Of a stretch of DNA of 62,800 nt, positions 1 through 9,044 are shown in pieces. The stretch covers positions 1-62,800 of the forward strand of contig JAFMNH010000001.1 of the NCBI GenBank assembly GCA_017859335.1, in the 5' to 3' direction. How positions within the stretch are numbered: position 1 is the stretch's first letter; each line of letters begins with the position of its first letter. The notes under the pieces are model-generated. The model ran no database searches, was not told where the DNA came from, and saw only the letters and a list, made by a program, of their open reading frames with translations. Made by a program: the position numbers and the translations under genes. The DNA comes from Rhodothermales bacterium (GTDB lineage: Bacteria; Bacteroidota; Rhodothermia; Rhodothermales; UBA10348).

Positions 1-52
1 TAGGCAAGGGTCTGCAAAACCCTGTACGGCGGTTCGAGTCCGCCCGTCACCT
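1..52 (+). tRNA. tRNA-Cys (anticodon GCA), 3' portion only; the 5' end lies outside the window
   Basis: Anticodon stem AGGGT/ACCCT (7-11/19-23) closes the loop CTGCAAA, with anticodon GCA at 14-16. The T-arm is GGCGG-TTCGAGT-CCGCC (28-44). The acceptor strand CGTCACC (45-51) is followed by discriminator U (52), which is typical of tRNA-Cys. CCA is not encoded. Confidence 0.8.
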
Positions 53-95
53 CATAAAGGACCGTATGGCAATAGCCATTACGTCCATTTAAAAC

Positions 96-133
96 AGCCT
101 CTTAGAGCAAAGCGCTCTAAGGGGCTTTTTTTT
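96..133 (+). terminator. Rho-independent terminator downstream of tRNA-Cys
   Basis: A 13-bp stem AGCCTCTTAGAGC / GCTCTAAGGGGCT with one G-U pair and a 5-nt loop, followed directly by a run of 8 T. Confidence 0.8.
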
Positions 134-166
134 AAACGGACCTCGGCCACGTCTGGCTTTGACGAC

Positions 167-202
167 AAAGTGTTGTCAAAACTGTTGTCAGTAGTTCTGT
201 CA
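167..202 (+). repeat. Three tandem 12-bp iterons immediately upstream of the integrase start; candidate arm-type or operator sites
   Basis: AAAGTGTTGTCA (167-178), AAACTGTTGTCA (179-190) and GTAGTTCTGTCA (191-202). The core TGTTGTCA / TGTTGTCA / TTCTGTCA recurs at an exact 12-nt period and ends 20 nt before the ATG at 222. Confidence 0.4.
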
Positions 203-221
203 GGTACAGACACCGTGTACC

Positions 222-866
222 ATGGCAAGCTTGTACAAAAGAGGAGATAACTACTACCTCGCCTTTCACCAGAGTAACCAGACGCCAAACCGTAAGCATG
301 TATCGTTACGAGCGTCATCTTACAAAGTGGCTCAGCACAAGGCTGCCCGGCTGATTGTTCGCTATGAAAAGGGCGAATACGACCCGTGGCGGCCTACTGA
401 GCAGCCGAAAACACAGACCCTTGCCGCTGCAGCTACTGCCTTTCTTCAGACGCGCAGGAATCTATCCAAGCAGTCTGTCGCCAAGTATCGATCAGTCCTT
501 GGCCAATTGGTCCAACATGCTGGTAGGAAGACGGCTCTTGATCTGCTTACTACAGCGAAGGTGCAGTCCTTCATTGATGCGTCTGATCGTCGCGCCATCA
601 CCAAGCGCACCTACAGTACGACACTCTCCCCGTTCTTCAACTGGGCAGTCGCAGATGGGCTGATAGAGAAAAACCAGGTCAGAGGACCACGCCTTCCGCG
701 CGTGCCTGAGAAGACGCCTAAGACCCACTCCATACTGACCGTCCAGGATCAAACAGTAATCGGTGTATTTCATCGAACCAGAATCAGATCAACACCAAAG
801 GGCTTCTTGATTACGCACCGATGTGATCTCGAGCACCGCAACCTGGTCGCTTTGATGCGGGACTGA
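222..866 (+). pseudogene. Truncated tyrosine recombinase (phage-type integrase); N-terminal arm-binding and SAM-like core-binding region only
   Basis: The N-terminus MASLYKRGDNYYL and the segment AFLQTRRNLSKQSVAKYRSVLGQLV...KVQSFID...TYSTTLSPFFNWAVADGLIEKNQV are typical of integrase N-terminal domains. No catalytic domain (R..HxxR..Y) follows. The ORF stops at 866 and the next gene ends at 900, so about 200 aa are missing. Confidence 0.65.
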
Positions 867-899
867 GCAGTCACAATCTCCGGTGAGGGGGTTCGTGTC

Positions 900-1664
900 C
901 TAATCCAGTAGCACATCAATGCCGTTTTCTTCCAGCATTGATACCGTTTCCCGGGGTGCCTGGGCGTCAGTCACAATTTTGTCAATCTGAGAAGTGTCAC
1001 AAATTTTACTGAACCCCCGGACGCCAAACTTGGATGAATCGGTGACCACAATCACTTCTTGAGCTGCTGCAATCATACACTGATTCAAATCAGCCTCGTG
1101 CGGACTAGACGTCGACAGCCCATGAAGAACATCGAGCCCATCCACCCCAATAAAGAGCTTCCGACATGAAATCTTTTCAACCATCCCAACCGCGCTGGCT
1201 CCTATAACGGAGGTTGAGGTAGCACGGACAATCCCCCCCAACTGAATTATTTGTATTCCCGGGCGATCGACTAGCTCCAGCGTCGCATGAACACAAGCGG
1301 ATACTACGGTCAACTGAGCCAGATGAGGGATGTGACGAGATACCTCAAGAACAGTTGTTCCTGATCCAAGAATGATCGAGTCATTGGCATCGATGAGTTC
1401 CGCCGCTCGTCTGCCGATACTTCTCTTCTTTTCTGCATGTCGTTTAGCCTTCTCTGATAACGGACGGTCGTAGAGCGGGTGGCTTTGGGGATTAGCCCCA
1501 CCATGGGTTCGATGAAGAAGATCTCGGGCCTCAAGACTTCTTAGATCCCTTCGTACCGTAGCCTCCGATACGTTCAGCTCTTCACACAGGTCAATTACGG
1601 TTACATATCCTCGCTGTCGTAATGTTCTTAGGATATGGCTATGCCTTTCCGCTGGTGTTTGCAT
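900..1664 (-). CDS. DeoR/GlpR-family transcriptional regulator
   Basis: N-terminal HTH ILRTLRQRGYVTVIDLCEELNVSEATVRRDLRSLE and a C-terminal DeoR sugar-phosphate-binding domain (GSGTTVLEV...FIGVDGL...VVTDSSKF). Overall it is collinear with E. coli GlpR. Confidence 0.9.
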   Translation of the reverse strand: MQTPAERHSHILRTLRQRGYVTVIDLCEELNVSEATVRRDLRSLEARDLLHRTHGGANPQSHPLYDRPLSEKAKRHAEKKRSIGRRAAELIDANDSIILGSGTTVLEVSRHIPHLAQLTVVSACVHATLELVDRPGIQIIQLGGIVRATSTSVIGASAVGMVEKISCRKLFIGVDGLDVLHGLSTSSPHEADLNQCMIAAAQEVIVVTDSSKFGVRGFSKICDTSQIDKIVTDAQAPRETVSMLEENGIDVLLD

Positions 1665-1737
1665 GATCGAGTCTGATTTTTTTTGATCGTCTCGGTGTTA
1701 TTGGCGGATTAGAACAAGAAACGAATCAAAACGATCA
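1664..1737. promoter_or_regulatory. Array of four TGAT(T)CGW motifs in the divergent deoR/TBDT promoter region; candidate DeoR/GlpR operators
   Basis: TGATCGA (1664-1670) and TGATCGT (1684-1690) on the + strand. ACGAATCA (1721-1728) and ACGATCA (1731-1737) are the same motif on the - strand. The surrounding context is AT-rich. Confidence 0.3.
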
Positions 1738-1951
1738 TTTATAATCAAATAATGACTGATGTTACTATAATATTGACTGCGTCTGCTCGGGTGTGTATCG
1801 TAGTTGGGAATAGGAAGACGTGATTCCAGTTTTCTTACCGGTTTAGTAAACCACGTTTTCCGAACTGCATCAGACTGCCTGACCAATTGCCGCCAACCAT
1901 GCGCACCAGACTAAAATCTGTGGTTGAACGAAACGCCACGTAAACAACGAC

Positions 1952-4696
1952 ATGGCTACACCACTCCATACGGTCATCTCATTAGTCCTGATTATTGTTG
2001 TTCAGAGTATCTACGGACTGCCCTCTTTGGCCGATGCTGGTGAGGGTATGTCGGGTAAAATTTCTGGTCGCGTCGTCGAACTGGATAGTGGACAACCAAT
2101 GGTTGGCGCCACGATATACATCGAGGAAGCAGGGATCGGTGCGGTCGCGGCACAAGACGGCAGCTATACCATAATCAACGTCCCCCCTGGTTTATATACC
2201 GTGCGAGCCTCGATGGTTGGTTTTGGGACGGTTCGCAAGGCAGAGGTGCGTGTTTCTATCGATCGTACCACGCGTGTCGATTTCGAATTGGCAGTTGAGA
2301 TCATCCAGGGAGAGGAGGTACTGATAACGGCCACCCGTCCTATTATTGAAGTTGATCGCACGACCTCCGCTTCATACGTCGATTCCGAGGCGATCGAAAA
2401 CCTGCCGGTTCAAGAGGTATCCGACATTTTGCAGTTGCAATCTGGGGTTACCTATGATTCTCAAGGTCGGCTTCATATGAGAGGTGGTCGTTCGGGAGAA
2501 GTCGCGTATTTGGTCGATGGTATTCCCGTGACAAACCAGTACAGTGGCGGCTCCAAGATCGAGATCGAAAACAACTGGATCCAAGAGCTTCAAGTCATAA
2601 GTGGTGTATTCAATGCCGAATACGGCCAAGCTCAGTCGGGTGTTGTAAATATCGTGACTAAGGCAGGGTCAGTGGACCGATACTCAGGCGATGTGGGTGT
2701 TTATGCAGGTTCCTATTTAACATCGAACCCTAATGTCTTCATAGGGAAAGACAGCCCGGCACTCGATGAGGTGAACATACAGGGTAGTTTTCAGGGACCA
2801 CTTCGGTTTTTGCGGGATGGTTCTTTTTTCTCCAATCTCCGGTACACGGACAATTCCGGTTGGTTGAATGGAGAGCGGCGTGCCCTGATAAGTGATACGG
2901 TGCCGATTCAGGCCTACATCCAGCAGGCTCAGCAGACAGCTTCAGACCGGGACAATCTGGTGGGAATCCCGATTCCAGACTCCCTGCTTTCTGGAGATGG
3001 CTCCCTGGTGGCCATGAACCCCAGACAGCGACTGTCTCTTCATGGTCGCCTCTCGTTCCGTCTTGGATCAAAGACGTCCGTAAGCTATGCCGCTTTCGTC
3101 ACGGATGAGGAGCGCAAATCCTATCAGGATTACAGACGGTATGCACCTGACGGTCAACCAACCGTGTCTGACCTCGGGTTCAACCACCTGCTGTCAGTTA
3201 CTCTCGCACCGGATGCCCGATCTTACATGCGTCTGGGGGTCTCCTATCAGAACAACCGGATACGAAGCCGTCTCTTCAGCAACCCATTAGACCCCCAATA
3301 TCAAGGGACGCCCTACGCGACCAATGGATTTGCCTTCGGTGGTACAAGCAATGGAAGATCTAAGGCCTCCAACGCCACATTTCTGGTCAAAATCCAAGGT
3401 GAACGCCAGGTCAATAAGAATAACCTGGTCAAGGCGGGAATAGAGTGGCAAAAACATCGCGTCGAAGAACGCTCTCAGGCTACGATTTCAGATGGCCCTG
3501 TTTATCTGGAGCCCACCCAACGGATACCTGACATCAACACATCCGGTAATGACGCTTACAAGAGGGAGCCTAGTGAATTTGTCGCGTTCATCCAGGACAA
3601 GCTTGAAGTTGATGAGTTGGTCGTCAATGCGGGACTACGATTTGATCTGTGGCGGCCCAATGCTCCCGTTCCTGAAAACCTTCAGGCGGTCACCGACCCG
3701 GATGATGGCATTCGATTGGCCACCGATTTCGTGGACGCTCGGTCCTCGTATCAGCTAAGTCCCCGTGTTGGGTTGGCGTTCCCCATCTCAACCCGGGGGG
3801 TATTACACGTCTCTTATGGCCGTTTCTTTCAGGTACCCCGCTTCTCGTACATTTTTACCAACTCCGAATTTGAGGTGGAGCTCGGAGATTTGGAAACGAT
3901 TATGGGCAACGCCAACCTCAAACCCGAGCGCACGACAGCCTATGAACTGGGTCTTCAGTACGCACTAACCTCTTCATGGAAGATCGAGGCTACGATCTAC
4001 TACAAGGACATCAAAAATCTTCTTGGGCAGGAGATCGTCAACACTGTCGATAAAAAGGTATACGCCAGATACATAAACAGGGACTATGGAAACACGCGAG
4101 GATTCGCTTTTTCCCTACTTCGCCAATTTGCCGACCAGTTCGGTTTGACTATCGACTACACCTACCAAGTCGCTCGCGGAAATGCCTCAGATCCGAATGC
4201 GGTCTTTTTCAACAATCAGACACAGCCTCCGGTAGAACCTGAGAAACAGGTCATCCCGCTCGACTGGGATCAACGCCACTCCCTCAATGGCTCGCTGATT
4301 CTCGGAGACCCTCGCGGGTTCACCCTGAGTATCATCGGCCGCTTCTCCTCTGGACAGCCCTATACGCCGACCAACCCGGGCAGCCAGCTCTCCTCCCAGT
4401 TGGCCAACAGTGAAACCAAGCCTGCCCGACTTAACCTGGACGTGAATATATCCCGCGAGCTACAAGTGGCAGGGTATAAAGCGCGCATTTATGCCAAAGG
4501 GTTCAATGTATTGGATCGACTCAACGCCAAGTCAGTGTACTCCAGCACTGGCAACGCCTTCCATCCATACAGGACCTTGGGAGAAGCAGAGGTTTTGGCC
4601 ATGAATCCGAATTTCAGTTCAGCCGAAGTCGACCTGAGACCCGATTACTTCGATCCACCCCGTCGTATCATCGTCGGGATTGACCTGCGATTTTGA
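1952..4696 (+). CDS. TonB-dependent receptor with N-terminal carboxypeptidase-regulatory-like domain
   Basis: Signal peptide, then a CarbopepD_reg-like segment (GRVVELDSGQPMVGATIYIEE...DGSYTIINVPPGLYTVRASMVGF). Plug motifs follow (LQLQSGV, LHMRGGRSGEVAYLVDGIPV), then a long beta-barrel ending in a terminal aromatic residue (IDLRF). Confidence 0.9.
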   Translation: MATPLHTVISLVLIIVVQSIYGLPSLADAGEGMSGKISGRVVELDSGQPMVGATIYIEEAGIGAVAAQDGSYTIINVPPGLYTVRASMVGFGTVRKAEVRVSIDRTTRVDFELAVEIIQGEEVLITATRPIIEVDRTTSASYVDSEAIENLPVQEVSDILQLQSGVTYDSQGRLHMRGGRSGEVAYLVDGIPVTNQYSGGSKIEIENNWIQELQVISGVFNAEYGQAQSGVVNIVTKAGSVDRYSGDVGVYAGSYLTSNPNVFIGKDSPALDEVNIQGSFQGPLRFLRDGSFFSNLRYTDNSGWLNGERRALISDTVPIQAYIQQAQQTASDRDNLVGIPIPDSLLSGDGSLVAMNPRQRLSLHGRLSFRLGSKTSVSYAAFVTDEERKSYQDYRRYAPDGQPTVSDLGFNHLLSVTLAPDARSYMRLGVSYQNNRIRSRLFSNPLDPQYQGTPYATNGFAFGGTSNGRSKASNATFLVKIQGERQVNKNNLVKAGIEWQKHRVEERSQATISDGPVYLEPTQRIPDINTSGNDAYKREPSEFVAFIQDKLEVDELVVNAGLRFDLWRPNAPVPENLQAVTDPDDGIRLATDFVDARSSYQLSPRVGLAFPISTRGVLHVSYGRFFQVPRFSYIFTNSEFEVELGDLETIMGNANLKPERTTAYELGLQYALTSSWKIEATIYYKDIKNLLGQEIVNTVDKKVYARYINRDYGNTRGFAFSLLRQFADQFGLTIDYTYQVARGNASDPNAVFFNNQTQPPVEPEKQVIPLDWDQRHSLNGSLILGDPRGFTLSIIGRFSSGQPYTPTNPGSQLSSQLANSETKPARLNLDVNISRELQVAGYKARIYAKGFNVLDRLNAKSVYSSTGNAFHPYRTLGEAEVLAMNPNFSSAEVDLRPDYFDPPRRIIVGIDLRF

Positions 4697-7600
4697 TGAT
4701 GAGCATGCGCACAACGGACATGCAGAGGGAAAAAGTCTTGGGTATCACACAACCCCTGGTCAGCGTTTCCGCGTGCCGTTCCATTTTACTAACCCTTCTG
4801 CTATGCTGCCTGTGCGCCCCTTCATCACTATCGGCACAGGACGTTCTGGAATCAGGCCGTGAATTCCGCCGCACTGGGGTCCATGATGGCAATCTGGTTT
4901 TTACCCGCTACTCCAACTATGGTAATCTGGGCAGTCGGTACGAGCCGCCCAAGATGGAATGGCCCAAGGGGTCCGGTCAATGGTATGGATTTGAGTTTGT
5001 GATGATGGCGGGGGCCGAGGTACAAGACGAAGAAGGCCGCTATATCCGCATTGTTTCGGAGAATTACACTAATCCAGGCTCTTTTGACATCAGCCCAGAT
5101 GGCACCCACACCTATGGATGGGAGCCACTGGCCGGATACTTCAATGAAAGCTCGTTCAACGAGCTTGAGTACCCCGCAATGAGTCACCTCGAGGAAACGT
5201 GGCCAGACCCTTGGCCCCATGATTACCCTGGAGATCGGGGAGCAAGGGATGGACTATGGAATGGCGAATTCGGCGCTTTTGAGCGTGCGGATCAGGAGTC
5301 CTATTATGTGATGGATGACCGCAATAATGATGAATTCAACTATTACCCCTTTGTAGGAAGCAGTGCTGATTCATCTGATTACCCGCTGGGCCGACGTGGT
5401 ATAGGTCTTCAGGTGGGTGTTCGTGGTTATCAATGGGTCAACGTACAGGCGGAAGACATTCTTATCGTTCGCTACGATATAACAAACGTCAGCGACAAAG
5501 ACCTGATCAAAGTTGTCTTCGGGATGTATGTCGACCCCGCCGTTGGGGGACAGGGGGATTCGGTGGATGATTTCGCCGACTTTGAACGCCAGGACGATAT
5601 CGTTTACATGTGGGACCGGGATGGCATCGATAACCGAGGGCGCCCGGGTGTCGGATATTTTGGATTCGCCTTCCTTGAAAGCCCAGGAGACCCCCTTGAT
5701 GGCGAGGACAATGATCAGGACGGAATTGCTGACGAAGTACAAGAGAATGAGGCTGGAATTCGTATCGACGGACAGGATGCGATTCTGGCCGAATTATCCT
5801 CCCGTTACCTAATGACGGATTTCGAGAGCTTTTTCGGTAGTCCTACACTGCTGCCTGCAGTGGAGTATGGGCAATGGTGGACAGGAGACGAGGATGCTGA
5901 TTGGGTCCCCTTCAACGACCTGAACGGAGATGGTCTCAAAGAGGATGGGGAGCCGCTCTTGGACGATAAAGGGTCCGATGGTCTAGGTCCAGGAGACGAT
6001 GGTTACCCCGGCCCTGATTCAGACGGCACCGAAAACAACGGCCGTCCAGATCAAGGTGAACCCAACTTTGGAAAAACCGACAACGACGAGTCGGATCAGA
6101 TTGGTCTGACGAGCTATGTCCTTAGACCAGCCGGAAACGTCAGTGATGACGAACGGACCTGGCTTGAAATGGAGCCCAACCGCTTCGGCGGCGAGATGCC
6201 AAGCAACCTCGCCTTTGTTTACGGATCAGGATATTTCTCCCTTCCTCAGGAAGCTACGCGAAAATTTGCCATCGCCTGTCTCTTTGGACGCAATTTCGAT
6301 GACATCCTCCGAAATAAGCGGACCATGCAGAAGATCTATGATGCCGATTACTCCTTCGCAAAGCCTCCAAACAAGTCGAAGCTAACCGCCGTGGCCGGAG
6401 ATCAATCGGCTGTCCTGATGTGGGATAATATCGCCGAGTTTTCCAGGGATCCCATCTACGGAACGGACTTTGAGGGGTACATGATCTATCGCGCGACGGA
6501 TCCCTCTTTCAATTCCATCAAGACAATCACTGACGCCTTTGGGAACCCGATTCTCTGGCAGCCAATCGCGCAATTTGATCTGGATAATGGGCTTAAGGGA
6601 CCTCATCCCGTTCAGATCGGCGAAACGGGGGCTGTCTTTAACACTGGTACAGACTCTGGGCTACGCTACTACTACCAAGATTCAGGCTTGGATAATGGCC
6701 GATCTTATTACTACGCCCTGGTACCCTACGACGCCGGATATGATGTGGATTTCTTTGACCGAGGCATTTCAACCCGGGACAAACTCACACCCATCGCTCC
6801 CAGTGAAGCCTCTAAAATCATCCAGACCGATCTGATCGGAAATGTGACTTTTGTTGACCGCAATACCGCTGTTGTGGTGCCCAATGCCCCGGCTGCTGGG
6901 GTTGTACTGGGAGGATTTGACGGTGATATTGCTCATGAAGGCCCTGGTACCGGCGTTGTTGAAGTAGAGGTAGTCGTACCAGACAGCCTGGAGCAGGGAG
7001 CACAATATCGGATCTCCTTTACTGATACCACCAAGGCCTTGTTGACGCGCGGCGTGCGCATCGACGAGCTCACGAGAAACCAAGTTATCTACGAAGCGGC
7101 CGAATTTGACAGCGTGGACCTTTCCCGCCGATTGTTGGGAGGTATGAATTTCAGGATTTACAGTCCACCAGAGCCTATTCCTACAACCTTCGGTTGGCAA
7201 GACGGCGCATCGAACCTTTCTGCCTCAATAGACCTGGTCGAATCCGGGCGTACGGTCCCCATTCCGGACGATATTGAAATACGAATAGGCGCTCCTGGCG
7301 TGGATTCCTCATTTGTGCAGTTCGCTTTCGAACAACGTACGCCCGTCAATTTTGAGGTTTATGGTGCGACCACAGGGCGCAAATACCAGTTTATTTTCGA
7401 GGAGACGGAGAGTCCTGATGGACTGTTGAGCCCCGGCGATCTGATCACACTCGTATTTGATCCTGTTGGGTTCCGGTTCAACCTGGGCTGGCGATTCCGC
7501 TTTGATGCTCCTGACGGGGAGGCTCCCAGGCTCCCGGAACCGGGAGATGTGTACCGACTGGATGTGAGTAAACCATTTTCCTCACTCGACATCATCTCAT

Positions 7601-7962
7601 TCTCAACCATTGAGACCCGGTTTGAAAATGAAAAGGCCAAAGATGACCTTTCCAATATTTACGTCGTGCCTGACCCGTATGTGGCTAGCGCGTCTTGGGA
7701 GCGCCCCTTGTTCAATGCATCAGGAAGAGGTGAACGCCGCATAGACTTTGTAAATCTACCTCCTCAGTGTACGATTCGAATATTCAATACGGCCGGGAAA
7801 CTGGTTCAAGTATTACACCACGACTCTCCATTTGAAGATGGATCAGAGAGTTGGGATCTCGTCTCAAAGGACGGTCTGACTGTCGCCTTTGGTGTGTATT
7901 TCTTTCACGTTGAAACGCCTGATTCGGGCGAGACGACCGGCAAATTCACGCTCATAAAATGA
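4693..7962 (+). CDS. Large secreted protein (1089 aa) with acidic Ca-binding-like repeats and a T9SS-type C-terminal sorting domain
   Basis: Signal-like N-terminus. D-rich DxDxDG-type stretches occur at nt about 5690-6105 (DGEDNDQDGIADE; NDLNGDGLKEDGEPLLDDKGSDGLGPGDDGYPGPDSDGTENNGRPDQGEPNFGKTDNDESDQ). An FN3-like segment is present (RYYYQDSGLDNGRSYYYALVPYD). The C-terminus IRIFNTAGKLVQVL...GVYFFHVETPDSGETTGKFTLIK is CTD-like. The start overlaps the TBDT stop by 4 nt. Confidence 0.85.
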   Translation: MMMSMRTTDMQREKVLGITQPLVSVSACRSILLTLLLCCLCAPSSLSAQDVLESGREFRRTGVHDGNLVFTRYSNYGNLGSRYEPPKMEWPKGSGQWYGFEFVMMAGAEVQDEEGRYIRIVSENYTNPGSFDISPDGTHTYGWEPLAGYFNESSFNELEYPAMSHLEETWPDPWPHDYPGDRGARDGLWNGEFGAFERADQESYYVMDDRNNDEFNYYPFVGSSADSSDYPLGRRGIGLQVGVRGYQWVNVQAEDILIVRYDITNVSDKDLIKVVFGMYVDPAVGGQGDSVDDFADFERQDDIVYMWDRDGIDNRGRPGVGYFGFAFLESPGDPLDGEDNDQDGIADEVQENEAGIRIDGQDAILAELSSRYLMTDFESFFGSPTLLPAVEYGQWWTGDEDADWVPFNDLNGDGLKEDGEPLLDDKGSDGLGPGDDGYPGPDSDGTENNGRPDQGEPNFGKTDNDESDQIGLTSYVLRPAGNVSDDERTWLEMEPNRFGGEMPSNLAFVYGSGYFSLPQEATRKFAIACLFGRNFDDILRNKRTMQKIYDADYSFAKPPNKSKLTAVAGDQSAVLMWDNIAEFSRDPIYGTDFEGYMIYRATDPSFNSIKTITDAFGNPILWQPIAQFDLDNGLKGPHPVQIGETGAVFNTGTDSGLRYYYQDSGLDNGRSYYYALVPYDAGYDVDFFDRGISTRDKLTPIAPSEASKIIQTDLIGNVTFVDRNTAVVVPNAPAAGVVLGGFDGDIAHEGPGTGVVEVEVVVPDSLEQGAQYRISFTDTTKALLTRGVRIDELTRNQVIYEAAEFDSVDLSRRLLGGMNFRIYSPPEPIPTTFGWQDGASNLSASIDLVESGRTVPIPDDIEIRIGAPGVDSSFVQFAFEQRTPVNFEVYGATTGRKYQFIFEETESPDGLLSPGDLITLVFDPVGFRFNLGWRFRFDAPDGEAPRLPEPGDVYRLDVSKPFSSLDIISFSTIETRFENEKAKDDLSNIYVVPDPYVASASWERPLFNASGRGERRIDFVNLPPQCTIRIFNTAGKLVQVLHHDSPFEDGSESWDLVSKDGLTVAFGVYFFHVETPDSGETTGKFTLIK

Positions 7963-9020
7963 CGTTTCGTGGATTCATAGCCATGTTCGCCATCCCCGCT
8001 GCGTTCTTAACGCCGGTGGCGATTGCGCAGGAAGTGGACTCTCCTCCAGCCAATTTTGTGGAGGATGTGTCCAATGCAGGAACGAGTGCAGCAGCTTTCT
8101 TGCAGATCGGCGTTGGGGCGCGTGCCATGGCCATGGGCAATGCGGGTACAACCCTTGCAAGGGATGCAACGGCGTTATATTGGAATCCGGCTGGCGTAGC
8201 CTCATTAACCTCCCAAGCGGCTGTTACATTCGACCATACCGACTGGCTTGTTGATACCAAGCTGGACTATGTTGGTATGGCGTTTCGGGTGCCGGGTGTT
8301 GGAGCGCTGGGACTGAGCGTATTGGCATTTGATGCTGTGGACGAACAACCAGTACGTACCATTCTTCAACCTGAAGGTACCGGAGAGTTCTACAGCGCAT
8401 CGGATATGATGATGGGGTTGACCTATGCAACAGCGCTAACAAATCGTTTTTCCGCTGGCATAACAGGCAAATACATCCGAGAAACCCTTTGGAATGAATC
8501 GGCCAGGGCATTCGCTGTTGATTTGGGCATTCTGTATCAGACAAAGCTGGACGGCTTCACTTTGGCTGCCAGCATCCTCAATTTTGGAGGCAACATGCGG
8601 CTTGAGGGTCGAGATCTGCGAAGAGCTTTTGATGATGACCCCAAAAACTTTAGTAATAACCAGCTGAATGTGAGTCTTGATACGGATCAGTTTTCGATCC
8701 CGCTGACCTTCAGATTTGGCTTCGGTTACGAAACCAAGATCACAGACTATCACCGAATCACACTAGCCGCCGATCTGACTAACCCCTCGGATAACAATGA
8801 ATCGGTGAATCTTGGACTCGAATACACTTTTGGCAATACCCTCTCCCTTCGCGGGGGATACGCAGCGCTCTTTGAGCGAGATCGTGTAAGTGGGCTGTCC
8901 TTTGGAGTCGGCGTTGATCGCAGGCTCCTGGATCGCGTTCGGGTTGTAGCCGAGTATTCCTACGCTGACATGGGCTTTCTTGGGGCTGCCCAACGTTTTA
9001 CCCTTGGCGTCGGACGATAA
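7959..9020 (+). CDS. PorV/PorQ-family outer-membrane beta-barrel protein
   Basis: Signal peptide plus the family signature near the N-terminus (AGTSAAAFLQIGVGARAMAMGNAGTTLARDATALYWNPAGVA). The rest has an alternating beta-strand pattern. The start is an ATGA overlap with the upstream gene. Confidence 0.8.
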   Translation: MTFRGFIAMFAIPAAFLTPVAIAQEVDSPPANFVEDVSNAGTSAAAFLQIGVGARAMAMGNAGTTLARDATALYWNPAGVASLTSQAAVTFDHTDWLVDTKLDYVGMAFRVPGVGALGLSVLAFDAVDEQPVRTILQPEGTGEFYSASDMMMGLTYATALTNRFSAGITGKYIRETLWNESARAFAVDLGILYQTKLDGFTLAASILNFGGNMRLEGRDLRRAFDDDPKNFSNNQLNVSLDTDQFSIPLTFRFGFGYETKITDYHRITLAADLTNPSDNNESVNLGLEYTFGNTLSLRGGYAALFERDRVSGLSFGVGVDRRLLDRVRVVAEYSYADMGFLGAAQRFTLGVGR

Positions 9021-9044
9021 CCAGAAGCACTTTTCGTACCACAA

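Noticed and set aside
79-318. A 79-aa minus-strand ORF spanning the terminator, the iterons and the integrase start.
   Set aside because: It overlaps a clear intrinsic terminator and the integrase 5' end. It has no motif support and is most likely spurious.
871-895. GGTTCGTGTCC, which resembles the tRNA T-arm GGTTCGAGTCC; considered as a possible attR copy marking the end of the deleted island.
   Set aside because: Only 10 of 11 nt match, and the flanking acceptor-stem sequence (CGCCCGTCACC) is not repeated. This is too short to distinguish from chance.
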